Positions 19,834 through 29,958 of a DNA stretch of 64,000 bases are shown here, piece after piece. Origin of the DNA: an uncultured Thermoplasmatales archaeon. GTDB lineage: Archaea > Thermoplasmatota > E2 > DHVEG-1. Location of the stretch: assembly GCA_964518165.1 (NCBI GenBank), contig CAZFFN010000093.1, forward strand, positions 706 to 64,705. Direction: 5' to 3'. Position 1 is the first letter of the stretch. The number at the start of each line of letters is the position of its first letter. Made by a program: the position numbers and the translations under genes. Under the pieces are notes generated by a model. The model was not told where the DNA came from. It saw only the letters and a list, made by a program, of their open reading frames with translations, and made no database searches.

Positions 19834-20553
19834 ATGAGAGATATTAAAGATTTAATTGGAAAAAGTAAAAAATACAAAAATACAATTTTACAAAAGATTT
19901 TTAAAAGTAAAAAAAACACAGTTTCATATGTTACAATGAAAGAAAATCCTCGGGTTTTAAAATGGTATGTCCCAGGTTTAAAGAAAAATATGGAAAATGA
20001 ATATAAAATCCTATCAAAAGCTAAATCAAAACTAGATACACCCATAGTTTATGAAAAAGACGAAAAAAATAATGTTTTGATAATGAACTATATTATGGGT
20101 GAAAATCTGTGTGATTTAATAAACAACGAAGAAACAACATATCAAGAAAAAGAAAGATTAATGATTCTTCTCTCTGAGTGGTTTTATAAACTACATAATT
20201 TTTTTAAAGAAAATGAAAAATTTTTGATACATGGCGATCCGTCTCTTAGAAACTTCATTTTTACAGACAGAATATGGGGTGTTGATTTTGAAGAAGTGAG
20301 ATATGGAAAACCAGTTGAGGATATAGCTGGTGCTTGTGCATCAATTTTATCAACAGATCCAATGTTTACAAAAGAAAAATACAAACTATGCAGTGTTTTA
20401 ATCGACAATTATTTAAAACTAGCCCCTGGAAGAATATCTGACATAAATAACGATATTGCATACTATCTTTTAGAAAAAATACAGTGGAGGCCTAATCAAG
20501 AAGAAATACTAAGAAAATACAGTAAAAAAATAAGAAAAAATGGATTGATTTAA
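19834..20553 (+). CDS. Protein-kinase-like phosphotransferase (APH/Bud32/Kdo-like)
   Basis: VLK, NEY, IHGDPSLRN, VDFEE. Confidence 0.75.
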   Translation: MRDIKDLIGKSKKYKNTILQKIFKSKKNTVSYVTMKENPRVLKWYVPGLKKNMENEYKILSKAKSKLDTPIVYEKDEKNNVLIMNYIMGENLCDLINNEETTYQEKERLMILLSEWFYKLHNFFKENEKFLIHGDPSLRNFIFTDRIWGVDFEEVRYGKPVEDIAGACASILSTDPMFTKEKYKLCSVLIDNYLKLAPGRISDINNDIAYYLLEKIQWRPNQEEILRKYSKKIRKNGLI

Positions 20554-20557
20554 AATT

Positions 20558-21013
20558 TTAGTAATATCTCATTCCAAAAAGAAAGAACGATACCACCAAT
20601 GAAATAACTAATCCAATTATGATAACCAGCAGACTTAATACAAATCCAGCTAAACCAAACTTATCTTTTGCTTTACCCCAATAAGCCCAACCACCAAGGA
20701 TAGTTCCAATAAGACTCATTGGAAATAGTATTATTAGATACAACCAAAAACCTACAACTGGAAAAAATGAAAGCCATATCAAACACATTGATATTATACC
20801 AAGCACCAAACTAGCGGTTCCAGGCCCACTATGTTTTGATGGTGCATTATATGGCATTGGCTGAGTAGGCCTAGGTTGTCTTGGTGCGGGTGCTGGTTGA
20901 TGATTACTTTGCATAGAACCAGATGTTTCATTTACAACTTTATAACCACAATTTTTACAAAATTTGTTGTTAGGTTGAATTTCATTACCACAATTAGGAC
21001 ATTTTTCGACCAT
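20558..21013 (-). CDS. Zinc-ribbon membrane protein
   Basis: CPNCG...FCKNCG, Pro/Gln linker, 3 TM. Start set at ATG 21013 because of SD GGGGAGG. Confidence 0.8.
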   Translation of the reverse strand: MVEKCPNCGNEIQPNNKFCKNCGYKVVNETSGSMQSNHQPAPAPRQPRPTQPMPYNAPSKHSGPGTASLVLGIISMCLIWLSFFPVVGFWLYLIILFPMSLIGTILGGWAYWGKAKDKFGLAGFVLSLLVIIIGLVISLVVSFFLFGMRYY

Positions 21014-21147
21014 AATATTAACTTTCCTCCCCGTATTTCTAAATTTAGAAATATGAATATCCTTATAAAATTTGTTTTTTCTTAAAAAAAGAATTGTATA
21101 ACAAACATTAAAAACCATTATTTTATTATCTTACTTAGAGGGTTAAA

Positions 21148-21432
21148 ATGGGACTGTATGAATCAATTGATGATTTAGTAGATGGAATTATAAAAAAGTC
21201 AGACACTGATAAAGAGATTAAAAAAAGAAAACCTAAACCATCTTTTAGATATTTAACAAATGAAGAGGAAATAAAATCAGCTTTACTTGATGAAGAAAAA
21301 CAATTTACATTTATGAAAGACCCAAATAAAAAAGAACTCTTCAACGAAGAAATATTCAAAGTTGGAATGGGCGATGTTAAAACAATTGAGAATATAATTA
21401 AAAAGCACGAAGTCTCAAGACAAATAAAATAA
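21148..21432 (+). CDS. Hypothetical protein
   Basis: 94-aa ORF, SD GAGGG. Confidence 0.55.
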   Translation: MGLYESIDDLVDGIIKKSDTDKEIKKRKPKPSFRYLTNEEEIKSALLDEEKQFTFMKDPNKKELFNEEIFKVGMGDVKTIENIIKKHEVSRQIK

Positions 21433-21485
21433 ATTAAAAAAAACATTCATAATTTTTATATACAACTGTCTCTATCCGTGGACCG

Positions 21486-21899
21486 ATGTCAATGGGGAAG
21501 GAAAAACTAATACCGATTTTAGCAATAATTGTATTATTAATTGGGTCTTTTTCAGCTCTTTATGTAAATGCAAATCAGATGACCTCAGAAAAAGATACAA
21601 TAATTGTAAATAATCAAAAGTTTAGCAAAGAAGAAATATTTGAGTCAATTGAGATAAAATCCATTGAAACAAATGAGGGGGAAAAAACTGGTTTATCACT
21701 TGATAAGCTTATTACTTTTTCAGGTGTTAATTGTCCTTCTTGTCATAAATATACAATAATTGCAAAAGACTCGTATCAAAAAACAGTAAATTGGGAAGAT
21801 ATGAAAAAAGGAGTTTTAACAGATTATGGGCGAGTATGTTTTAAAGATAAAGCACAAGCCTTCTGGATAAGTGATGTTGTAGAAATAGAGGTGATATAA
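21486..21899 (+). CDS. Membrane-anchored small protein, reduced Moco-oxidoreductase-like fold
   Basis: N-terminal TM; TG.SL..LI, AKDSY...V.W, FWISDVVEIEV parallel the motifs of 19165-19779. Contains CPSC. Confidence 0.55.
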   Translation: MSMGKEKLIPILAIIVLLIGSFSALYVNANQMTSEKDTIIVNNQKFSKEEIFESIEIKSIETNEGEKTGLSLDKLITFSGVNCPSCHKYTIIAKDSYQKTVNWEDMKKGVLTDYGRVCFKDKAQAFWISDVVEIEVI

Positions 21900-22547
21900 T
21901 TGGATAAAAAAAGATTAATTGCAGGAATTTTAATATTTGGATCTCTCTGGGGATTTTCTGAAGTAATAATTGGATCAGTTTTAGGTGATTTGGGGCTTCC
22001 ATCCGGTGCCTTGATGACAGGTGTTTTTGCAATATTTTTCCTATCAATGAGTAGGTTAATATTTAGACAACCTGGCATGCAAATTGGAATGGGTCTTGTC
22101 GCAGGATCTCTTAGAATGTTTAATCCATTGATGGGTTGTCATCTATGTTCGGCAATAGCAATCATTTCCGAAGCAATGATATTTGAAATATTGTGGAGAT
22201 ATCTTTCATTTGATTTTGAAAAAAATAGGAACCTAACGATTCAAGTTAGCTTTGGAATATTTACAGTATACACTATTTATGTAACTGGCTATATCATAAC
22301 TCAAATATTAACACCAGTTATTGATGGAAATGGTTTTTATCTTCAAAATCTAATAGCAACAATACCAAAGATACTATCAAGTGGGCTACTTGCTGCATTT
22401 CTAGGTGGAATAATCACACCAGTAGTTCTTAGAACAAGTAGAATAGATCTGACAATAAAAGACAAGATATATTACCCAACAACTTTAGGAATATCTGCAA
22501 TTTGTTGGATAACTGTTGTCGGAAGTTGGTTAATAGTTGGTGCATAA
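21900..22547 (+). CDS. Integral membrane protein, ECF S-component-like
   Basis: 215 aa, about 6 TM, N-terminal FGSLWGFSE..IG..L. Abuts flanking genes. Confidence 0.5.
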   Translation: MDKKRLIAGILIFGSLWGFSEVIIGSVLGDLGLPSGALMTGVFAIFFLSMSRLIFRQPGMQIGMGLVAGSLRMFNPLMGCHLCSAIAIISEAMIFEILWRYLSFDFEKNRNLTIQVSFGIFTVYTIYVTGYIITQILTPVIDGNGFYLQNLIATIPKILSSGLLAAFLGGIITPVVLRTSRIDLTIKDKIYYPTTLGISAICWITVVGSWLIVGA

Positions 22548-22548
22548 A

Positions 22549-23016
22549 ATGGGAAAAAAAACAAACCATCCTAAAACAGTCAAAGTTTTAAAATTTTACC
22601 CTGAAAAATGCAAGGGTTGTAAGGAGTGTGAAAAAGCTTGTTCAAAAATACATTTTAAAACTGATGAGGGTGGAGATAAATCAGCAATTAGAATAATAAA
22701 ATCTAAAGATACCTACAAAATGAATGTATGTGATCAGAGAGGTTTATGCATTGATATGTGCCCGGTAGGTGCACTATATAGAAAGAAAAATGGTGTTATA
22801 TGGCTCGATAAAAATAAATGCGTCGGTTGTCAGGCATGTGTTGGTTTTTGTCCTGTTGGAGCTATGAGAAAATCTGATGCAAGAATTGAACCTTTTAAAT
22901 GTATATCATGTGGAGCCTGTGTAAGAGCATGTCCAAATGATGCACTTGAATTAGTTGAAGAAAAAATTGATGAAATCAAAGAAGTCGTTTATCATAAATT
23001 AGGAGTGAGTAAATAA
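22549..23016 (+). CDS. 4Fe-4S polyferredoxin subunit associated with AOR
   Basis: CKGCKECEKAC, CVGCQACVGFCP, CISCGACVRACP. TAATG overlap with the AOR start. Confidence 0.9.
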   Translation: MGKKTNHPKTVKVLKFYPEKCKGCKECEKACSKIHFKTDEGGDKSAIRIIKSKDTYKMNVCDQRGLCIDMCPVGALYRKKNGVIWLDKNKCVGCQACVGFCPVGAMRKSDARIEPFKCISCGACVRACPNDALELVEEKIDEIKEVVYHKLGVSK

Positions 23017-25340
23017 TGACTGAAGGGCAAATACCCATACAAAAATATGAGACTGGAAATACTAAATATAAATGGAACTTAAAAAAACTAAAATCAAAAC
23101 ATAAAGTTCTTGCAGAATATAAATATAATAAATCTAAAATTGAGCGGGGCTTTGCAGGTACAACTCTTTATATTAATCTTGATAAAAATGAAATTAGAGA
23201 AAAAAGAGTAACAGAGGATATGAAAAGGCTCTTTACGGGTGGTCGTGGTTTTGGTCTTAAACTTATGTGGGATTCAATTAAACCAACTACCAGATGGGAT
23301 AGTAATGAGAATGAATTAATTATAACTACAGGCCCCCTATGCGGAACAACTCAATATCCAGGTTCTGGAAAATCATTGTGTCTTACTGTTTCTCCGTCAA
23401 CAGACATAATATGTGATAGCAATGTAGGAGGTTTTTTTGGACCATACTTAAAGTTTGCAGGTTTTGATGCAGTAGAACTACAGGGAAAAGCCGATAGAGA
23501 TGTTGTTGTTGTAATTGATGGTGAAGAAGGTAAAATAACAATAGAAACTGCACCAAATGAGGAGACAAACTCTCATCTTTTAGCAGATCAATTAACTCAT
23601 ATGTATGCAACAGAAGATACAGATGAATCTCGACAAAAGGTTTCCGTTGTATCAGCTGGAAAAGGCTCAGAAAATAGTTATTGGGGCTGTCTTAATTTTT
23701 CTTTTTATGATATACGGAGGAAAATACCAAGAATGAAGCAAGCGGGTAGAGGAGGACTTGGAACTGTATTTCGCGATAAAAAAATAAAAGGTCTTGTGAC
23801 AAAAGTAGAAAAAATTGATGGTGTAACTAATAATCCAGCAGATCCTTCAAAACTTGCAGAACTTGGAAAAAGCATCCATCAGGAGATTAGAGATCATGAT
23901 AGAGAACAATGTAATATGCGTACTGTTGGTACTAGCCATTTGGTTGAAATAATGGATGACTATGATCTATTACCCTGCGAGAACTACAGGTTCGGCAGTT
24001 TTCCGAAGGCACCAAGAATATATTCAGATCAATTCTATAAGCTTTTCACACAGGTTATTCCAGATGGTTGTTGGCATGGTTGTACGCTTGCCTGTGCAAA
24101 AACAGTGGATGGTTTTAATGTTAGAACTGGTCCATATAAAGGAGAAAAAGTAACTGTGGATGGTCCAGAATATGAGACAATAGGTTGCTGTTCTAACATG
24201 AGTATATGGGACACCTTTTGGGCTCTTGAATTTAATTTCTATTGTGATACATATGGCCTAGATACAATATCTACTGGAACTGCTATAGCATTTTATATGG
24301 AAATGTATGAAAATGGGATATTAAATAAAGAGAGATGTAATGGCTTGGAACTTTTTTTTGGAAATGCACATGCTGCTTTAGAACTTATTCATAGAATAGC
24401 TAGAGGAGACAAAAGCGAATTTGTAAAAATAGCTGGAAAAGGAATTAGAAGAGTAAAAGACTGGTTAATAAAGAAAGGTTGGGGGGATCCGAAATTTATT
24501 GAAGATGCCGGTATGGAAAGTAAAGGGCTTGAGTTTTCTGAATATGTAACAAAGGAATCACTTGCTCAACAGGGTGGATATGGTCTTACTTTAAAAGGAC
24601 CTCAGCATGATGAAGCATGGCTTATCTTTATTGATATGGTTAATAAACAGATACCTACTTTTGAGGATAAAGCAGAAGCACTTCATTGGTTTCCAATGTG
24701 GAGAACATGGTTTGGTCTTAATGGCCTATGTAAACTTCCTTGGAATGATATTGAACCTATTGATAACGCAGAAACTGACGAACCAGAAAAGATTCCAGGG
24801 CATATCCAAAACTATGTTGATTATCAAAACGCTGTTACTGGCTGGAATGTAAATAGAAAAGAACTTATCTTGCAAAGTGAAAGATGTTATAACTGGCAGA
24901 GAGCTTTGAATGTATGGCTCGGTAGAGGTCGAAGAAAAGATGATTGGATACCATATCGATCTATGGGACCTGTAACTGAAATGGAATATAAATCTAGAGA
25001 AGATAGATATGATAAGCAACTTGTTGATAAGCTTGGAATATCAGAAGAAAAAATAGAAAAAATGTCTGTAAAAGAAAAAATGGAAACATTATATGATTAT
25101 CGTCAAGATCAATACCAGAAACTTACAGATGCAGTATATTACAGGCGCGGTTGGACTCAAAATGGGGTACCAACACCTCAAAAAATGAAAGAATTAGGCT
25201 TTACCGATAAAAAAATGCTAACTATGCTTCAGAAGAAAATCGATGAAGATTCTAAAAAAGAACTTAATAAATGGGGCGGTAAATACAAAGTAGGTGAAAA
25301 ACCACCAAGTAGCAATCCCAAATATTGGGAAAAATGGTAA
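23016..25340 (+). CDS. aor: Tungsten-containing aldehyde:ferredoxin oxidoreductase family protein
   Basis: GGRG, SNVGGFFG, AGRGGLG, CWHGCTLAC, GPEYET, CDTYGLDTIS, YYRRGW...GVP. Confidence 0.92.
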   Translation: MTEGQIPIQKYETGNTKYKWNLKKLKSKHKVLAEYKYNKSKIERGFAGTTLYINLDKNEIREKRVTEDMKRLFTGGRGFGLKLMWDSIKPTTRWDSNENELIITTGPLCGTTQYPGSGKSLCLTVSPSTDIICDSNVGGFFGPYLKFAGFDAVELQGKADRDVVVVIDGEEGKITIETAPNEETNSHLLADQLTHMYATEDTDESRQKVSVVSAGKGSENSYWGCLNFSFYDIRRKIPRMKQAGRGGLGTVFRDKKIKGLVTKVEKIDGVTNNPADPSKLAELGKSIHQEIRDHDREQCNMRTVGTSHLVEIMDDYDLLPCENYRFGSFPKAPRIYSDQFYKLFTQVIPDGCWHGCTLACAKTVDGFNVRTGPYKGEKVTVDGPEYETIGCCSNMSIWDTFWALEFNFYCDTYGLDTISTGTAIAFYMEMYENGILNKERCNGLELFFGNAHAALELIHRIARGDKSEFVKIAGKGIRRVKDWLIKKGWGDPKFIEDAGMESKGLEFSEYVTKESLAQQGGYGLTLKGPQHDEAWLIFIDMVNKQIPTFEDKAEALHWFPMWRTWFGLNGLCKLPWNDIEPIDNAETDEPEKIPGHIQNYVDYQNAVTGWNVNRKELILQSERCYNWQRALNVWLGRGRRKDDWIPYRSMGPVTEMEYKSREDRYDKQLVDKLGISEEKIEKMSVKEKMETLYDYRQDQYQKLTDAVYYRRGWTQNGVPTPQKMKELGFTDKKMLTMLQKKIDEDSKKELNKWGGKYKVGEKPPSSNPKYWEKW

Positions 25341-25346
25341 CTTTTT

Positions 25347-25943
25347 ATGAATATTACCAAGCAAGAAAAAATAAAAAAGAAACTGAAAAAATCAAGAGTA
25401 GGTATTGCAGGTGCAGGAGGCCTTGGTTCAAATGTTGCAGTTTCTCTTGCCCGGTGTGGCGTTGGAAAACTTATTGTTGTTGACTTTGACAAGGTTGAAA
25501 AAACTAACCTCAACCGCCAGTATTATTTTAAAGATCAAATTGGAAACGTAAAAGTTGAGGCATTAAAAGAAAATATTTCAAGAATAGATGAGTCAATAAA
25601 AGTTGATGTGTTAAATGAAAAACTAATTTCAGGTTCTATGCATAAACCTTTTTTAGATTGTGATATTATTGTTGAAGCACTTGATGATGCTGAAACAAAA
25701 ACAAATTTTATCGAAGATATTACAAAAAATTTAGTTGATACTCCAATTGTTTCATGTAGCGGTGTATCTGGATATGGACATATTGATAGAATTAAAACAA
25801 AAAAACTTGATAAGCTATATATTATCTATGATGAAGATGCAAAGGATAGCAATAAAGATATTCTCACTGCGCCAAGGGTAACTTTACTTGCTAATTGGCA
25901 GGCAAATCTTGTTTTAGAAATATTACTTGGTGAAGACAAATGA
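25347..25943 (+). CDS. thiF: Sulfur-carrier adenylyltransferase, ThiF family
   Basis: GAGGLGS, DFDKVE.TNLNRQ, EALD, APRV. Confidence 0.85.
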   Translation: MNITKQEKIKKKLKKSRVGIAGAGGLGSNVAVSLARCGVGKLIVVDFDKVEKTNLNRQYYFKDQIGNVKVEALKENISRIDESIKVDVLNEKLISGSMHKPFLDCDIIVEALDDAETKTNFIEDITKNLVDTPIVSCSGVSGYGHIDRIKTKKLDKLYIIYDEDAKDSNKDILTAPRVTLLANWQANLVLEILLGEDK

Positions 25944-26137
25944 TTGAAGTAAACAAAAGAAAAGTTGAATACGTAGAAAATGAAACTGTCAATCAATTAT
26001 TAAAACGTATGAAATATTCTTTTCCTCTTGTGATTGTAAAAATAAACGATAAATTAATTCCTAGAAAAAAATATTCTGAAGTAAAAATCCCAGATAACTC
26101 AAAAATTGCTGTTATTCATATGATAAGCGGAGGATAA
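25940..26137 (+). CDS. ThiS/MoaD ubiquitin-like sulfur carrier
   Basis: 65 aa ending ISGG. ATGA overlap with thiF. Confidence 0.88.
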   Translation: MIEVNKRKVEYVENETVNQLLKRMKYSFPLVIVKINDKLIPRKKYSEVKIPDNSKIAVIHMISGG

Positions 26138-26141
26138 AAAT

Positions 26142-27059
26142 TTAGATAATTGTTTTTCCAGCAATTGTTAGAACCGAAAAACCAAATGCAAAGAAAAAAT
26201 AGGTAATATACATTAAAGCCCAGGATGAAGTATTCTCTAATCTTTTTCCTTTTTTGCTATCTTTTATCATTAGATAAAAAATATAAAATGCAGGTATTGC
26301 AAGAAATGTAAGTAAAAAGAATTGAGCATCTATTATTCTACTATCTATGAGTATTGGAATAAGAGCGAAAGGAAAAAACATAAATGGAAAAGCCATTAAA
26401 GCTGCTTGTTTTATTCCATATGTATTTATTAGAGTCTTTGTACCTGTTTTTTTATCTGCTTCTGAATCAGTTATGTCTTTAGTAATTGATCCCCCAATTA
26501 AAAACAACATAGCTATTAAACCTATAGCTAAGGGTAAAGGCTGCAATGGATTTGAAAAAACACTCCAAGAAGCAAGTATTCCTAAAAGTCCTCTGGGTAC
26601 ACCAACCCATAATTGGTTTATAAAGAGCTTATCTTTGCATCTAGGTGGAAGTGAGTAAGTTACTGTAAAAAATGTAATTAAAAATACAAATAGAAAGAAG
26701 GCGGTGTTTATAAGATATGAACAAGTAATGGAAATTGCATATAATATGATTGTTATGAATTTGGCCTCAAATATTGTTAGAGATTTTTTTGGAAGAGGCC
26801 TATAAGGTTTTGATATTTCATCTGTTTTTAAATCAGTTATTTGATTAAGAGTATTTGATGCACCATTCAGTATTGCAAGAACTATTCCTGCTGGAATTAT
26901 TAAAAAGAAAAGATTTGAAATTACTGATCCTTGATTATTACTATAAAAAAAACTTGCCATCATAATAAAAACTGATACTATCAAAGGAGCTAGAAGAGTA
27001 AAAGGCCTTACCAGCTCAGCATATGATTTAAATTTGTTAATAATACATTTCTTTTCCAT
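26142..27059 (-). CDS. UbiA family prenyltransferase (DGGGP synthase-like)
   Basis: NQITD...D.ISKP.RPLP and KDITD..AD motifs, multi-TM. SD GAGGAG supports ATG 27059. Confidence 0.85.
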   Translation of the reverse strand: MEKKCIINKFKSYAELVRPFTLLAPLIVSVFIMMASFFYSNNQGSVISNLFFLIIPAGIVLAILNGASNTLNQITDLKTDEISKPYRPLPKKSLTIFEAKFITIILYAISITCSYLINTAFFLFVFLITFFTVTYSLPPRCKDKLFINQLWVGVPRGLLGILASWSVFSNPLQPLPLAIGLIAMLFLIGGSITKDITDSEADKKTGTKTLINTYGIKQAALMAFPFMFFPFALIPILIDSRIIDAQFFLLTFLAIPAFYIFYLMIKDSKKGKRLENTSSWALMYITYFFFAFGFSVLTIAGKTII

Positions 27060-27185
27060 ATTTCTCCTCATTAAAGTTATACTTTGTAATTTATACTTTA
27101 TATATCTTTCTTAACAATCATTGTCAAAAAAAACAGAGCATTTATAGAAAAAAACCCTATACCTTTTGAGTAGGTCCGGTTAAAC

Positions 27186-27740
27186 ATGCCTAATTTTAGA
27201 GGATTTATAGCAATTGATATCAAAGTTTCAAAAAAAATAGAAGAAATAATCAATAAATTAGAAAAAAGTGGTGCAAACTTAAAGATAGTTAAACCAGAAA
27301 AAATGCATATAACTCTAAAATTTTTAGGAGATACTGATGAAAAACATATTGATAAAATCAAGGAAATTATTGAAAAATCAGTAGAAAATGTTGATCCCTT
27401 TGAAATAGAACTAAAAAGCACAGGCGCATTTCCTAATGAAAATTACATAAAAGTTCTATGGATTGGAATTGAAAAATCACAGTTAATTGCTGAAATTGCA
27501 AAAAAAATAGATGCAAAATTATCTAAAATAGGTTTTAAAAAAGAAAAAAGAAAATTTTCACCCCATATAACTATCGCAAGAATAAAAAGCGGGAGAAACA
27601 AAGATGAAATACTTCAGATTTTAAACAAATTTAAGGATGAAACACTTTTAAAAATGAAAGTAGAAAAAATCAAACTCAAAAAAAGCGAATTAACCCCTAA
27701 GGGGCCCATTTATACAACTTTAAAAGAGATAAAAATCTAG
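27186..27740 (+). CDS. thpR: RNA 2',3'-cyclic phosphodiesterase
   Basis: Two HxT motifs (HITLKFLG, PHITIAR), SELTPKGPIY. Confidence 0.93.
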   Translation: MPNFRGFIAIDIKVSKKIEEIINKLEKSGANLKIVKPEKMHITLKFLGDTDEKHIDKIKEIIEKSVENVDPFEIELKSTGAFPNENYIKVLWIGIEKSQLIAEIAKKIDAKLSKIGFKKEKRKFSPHITIARIKSGRNKDEILQILNKFKDETLLKMKVEKIKLKKSELTPKGPIYTTLKEIKI

Positions 27741-27755
27741 GTTTAGGAGAATCAT

Positions 27756-28547
27756 ATGTGGCTTATATATTTTTTATTAGCAAATTTAGTACTTGCAGTT
27801 TTTGGAATAATATTTTTAACTCCAAAAGATTTTTTCAAAAAAATCCCTCTGGATATAAAAAAACTTATTATGATGGGGCTAAAACAATACAAGCTTCTTT
27901 TAATGATTATAATAGCAGTAAGTTTTCATATATTTGAAGTAAATTTTTTAGATCCAATTGCAACAGAATTTGTTGGATACGATTTTGCAAATACTATTGT
28001 AACAATAGAAGATGGAATAGTATATTCATTTACCAATCTTTGGACACCCGGTATTTTACATTTTTTTGTTTTAATCTACATTGTTATCTATCCTTTTAGT
28101 TTATGGTTTGCATTATTATATTATATCTTAGACCGTCAAACAAAAGCTCTAAAAAGCCTTGCCTATGCACTAGTAATTACTTATATCATAGCTCTCCCAT
28201 TCTATCTTTTCTTACCCATAACAAATGTATACACTTTTTATGGCGGCGAATCAGCACTTGAAACAGTACTACCAACAATTGAACAATTTTTTTACACAAC
28301 CACAACCAGTGATAACTGCTTACCTTCCCTTCATACAGCAATGGCAATATTTTTAGCTTACACCGGAAGTCAAACAAATAATAAGAAATTTGAATATTTT
28401 ACCTATTTTATAATGATAACAGTCCTAATTTCAGTGATATATCTCTCGATTCATTGGATAACAGATGTAATAGCAGGGGTAATTGTAGCACTAGTAACAA
28501 TATTTTTAATAGAAAGATACATCCACAAAAAAGAAACTTATGAATGA
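27756..28547 (+). CDS. PAP2 superfamily membrane protein (Aur1/Ipt1-like)
   Basis: NCLPSLH and YLSIHWITD motifs, multi-TM. Confidence 0.82.
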   Translation: MWLIYFLLANLVLAVFGIIFLTPKDFFKKIPLDIKKLIMMGLKQYKLLLMIIIAVSFHIFEVNFLDPIATEFVGYDFANTIVTIEDGIVYSFTNLWTPGILHFFVLIYIVIYPFSLWFALLYYILDRQTKALKSLAYALVITYIIALPFYLFLPITNVYTFYGGESALETVLPTIEQFFYTTTTSDNCLPSLHTAMAIFLAYTGSQTNNKKFEYFTYFIMITVLISVIYLSIHWITDVIAGVIVALVTIFLIERYIHKKETYE

Positions 28548-29901
28548 AACAGAAAGAAAAGTACTAGAAAAAATTTCACCAACAGAAGAATACAGAATAA
28601 AACTTAAAGAAATTTTAAAAGAGATAAAAATTGAGATAAATAAAGAAATTGAAAAAAGGAATTTACCCGTAGAGATAATACTAGTAGGATCTATTGCTAA
28701 AGACACATATCTAATGAACAACATGGATATTGACTTTTTTTTATGTTTTCCAACAAATTTTGCAAAAGAAAAAATTTCTGAAAACAGTCTTTCTATTGGT
28801 AAAAATATTTTAGAAAAAACTGAAGAATCATATGCAGAGCATCCCTATATTAGAGGATACTTTAAGAATTATTATGTAGAAATCGTACCCTGTTACAAGA
28901 TAGAAAATGCAAAACAAAAGTTATCAGCAGTAGATAGAACACCTCTTCATACAGAGTATATAGTTAAGAACCTAAAAGAAACGCAAAAAAAAGAAGTAAG
29001 ACTTTTCAAACAATTTTTGAAAGGAATAAACTGCTATGGTGCAGAAGCACAAATTCAGGGTTTTTCTGGTTATTTATGTGAAATATTAATACTATACTAT
29101 GATAGCTTTGAAAATCTTATAAAAAATGCCTCAAAATGGAAAAAAGGAAAAAAAATATCATTGGAAAAAAACACAGAAGTAATACATGATTTTGATACAC
29201 CTCTAGTGTTTATAGATCCAGTAGATCCTGAAAGAAATGTTGCATCGGCATTAATTTATGAAAAATTCAAACTTTTTAAAAAAGCCTCAAAGGAATACCT
29301 CAAAAAACCTAAAATCAAATTCTTTTTTCCAAATCCTGTTGAACCATGGCCACTTGAAAAAATTGAAAAAGAAATTGAAAAACAGGATGCTAAATATATT
29401 GGAGTAAGAATCAATAAGCCCGATATGATAGACGAAAATCTATATCCTCAGATAAGAAAAGCGGAAAACTCAATAAAAGATGCCTGCAAAAGAAATGATT
29501 TTAAAATACAGGATTCAAAATTTTTCATTGATGGAAAAAATAAGGATATTTATATCATATTTAAAACAGATAAAGAAGATCTATCAAAAACAAGAATACA
29601 TCAAGGACCGCCTTTAAAGATGGGAAAAAATGTTAAAGATTTTAGAGAAAAATGGAAAAATAATGATAGACTAGTAAAGTTTATCACTGAGAAAAATAGA
29701 ATAAATGTTGAAATAAAAAGAAGATATGCTAGAATAGAAGACTTTTTAGAGGATAATTTATCTGATTTGAGTCTTGGTAGTAAATTAGATAAAGTTGCTA
29801 ATAGAAAATTTGAAATTTTAGAAAGAAAAAACCTTATTAAAAATGAACTTAGATTATTTTGGGCAGAATATCTTGATAACAAATATTCTTGGGAGAGATA
29901 A
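28540..29901 (+). CDS. cca: CCA-adding enzyme (class I)
   Basis: VGSIAKDTYL..DID, YAEHPY, SAVDRTPLH, GFSGYLCE, DPVDPERNVA. Confidence 0.96.
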   Translation: MNETERKVLEKISPTEEYRIKLKEILKEIKIEINKEIEKRNLPVEIILVGSIAKDTYLMNNMDIDFFLCFPTNFAKEKISENSLSIGKNILEKTEESYAEHPYIRGYFKNYYVEIVPCYKIENAKQKLSAVDRTPLHTEYIVKNLKETQKKEVRLFKQFLKGINCYGAEAQIQGFSGYLCEILILYYDSFENLIKNASKWKKGKKISLEKNTEVIHDFDTPLVFIDPVDPERNVASALIYEKFKLFKKASKEYLKKPKIKFFFPNPVEPWPLEKIEKEIEKQDAKYIGVRINKPDMIDENLYPQIRKAENSIKDACKRNDFKIQDSKFFIDGKNKDIYIIFKTDKEDLSKTRIHQGPPLKMGKNVKDFREKWKNNDRLVKFITEKNRINVEIKRRYARIEDFLEDNLSDLSLGSKLDKVANRKFEILERKNLIKNELRLFWAEYLDNKYSWER

Positions 29902-29958
29902 CCTAAGATATAAAAATTTGTCAAAAACATTATATTATTACTTATTATTATTTCTATA

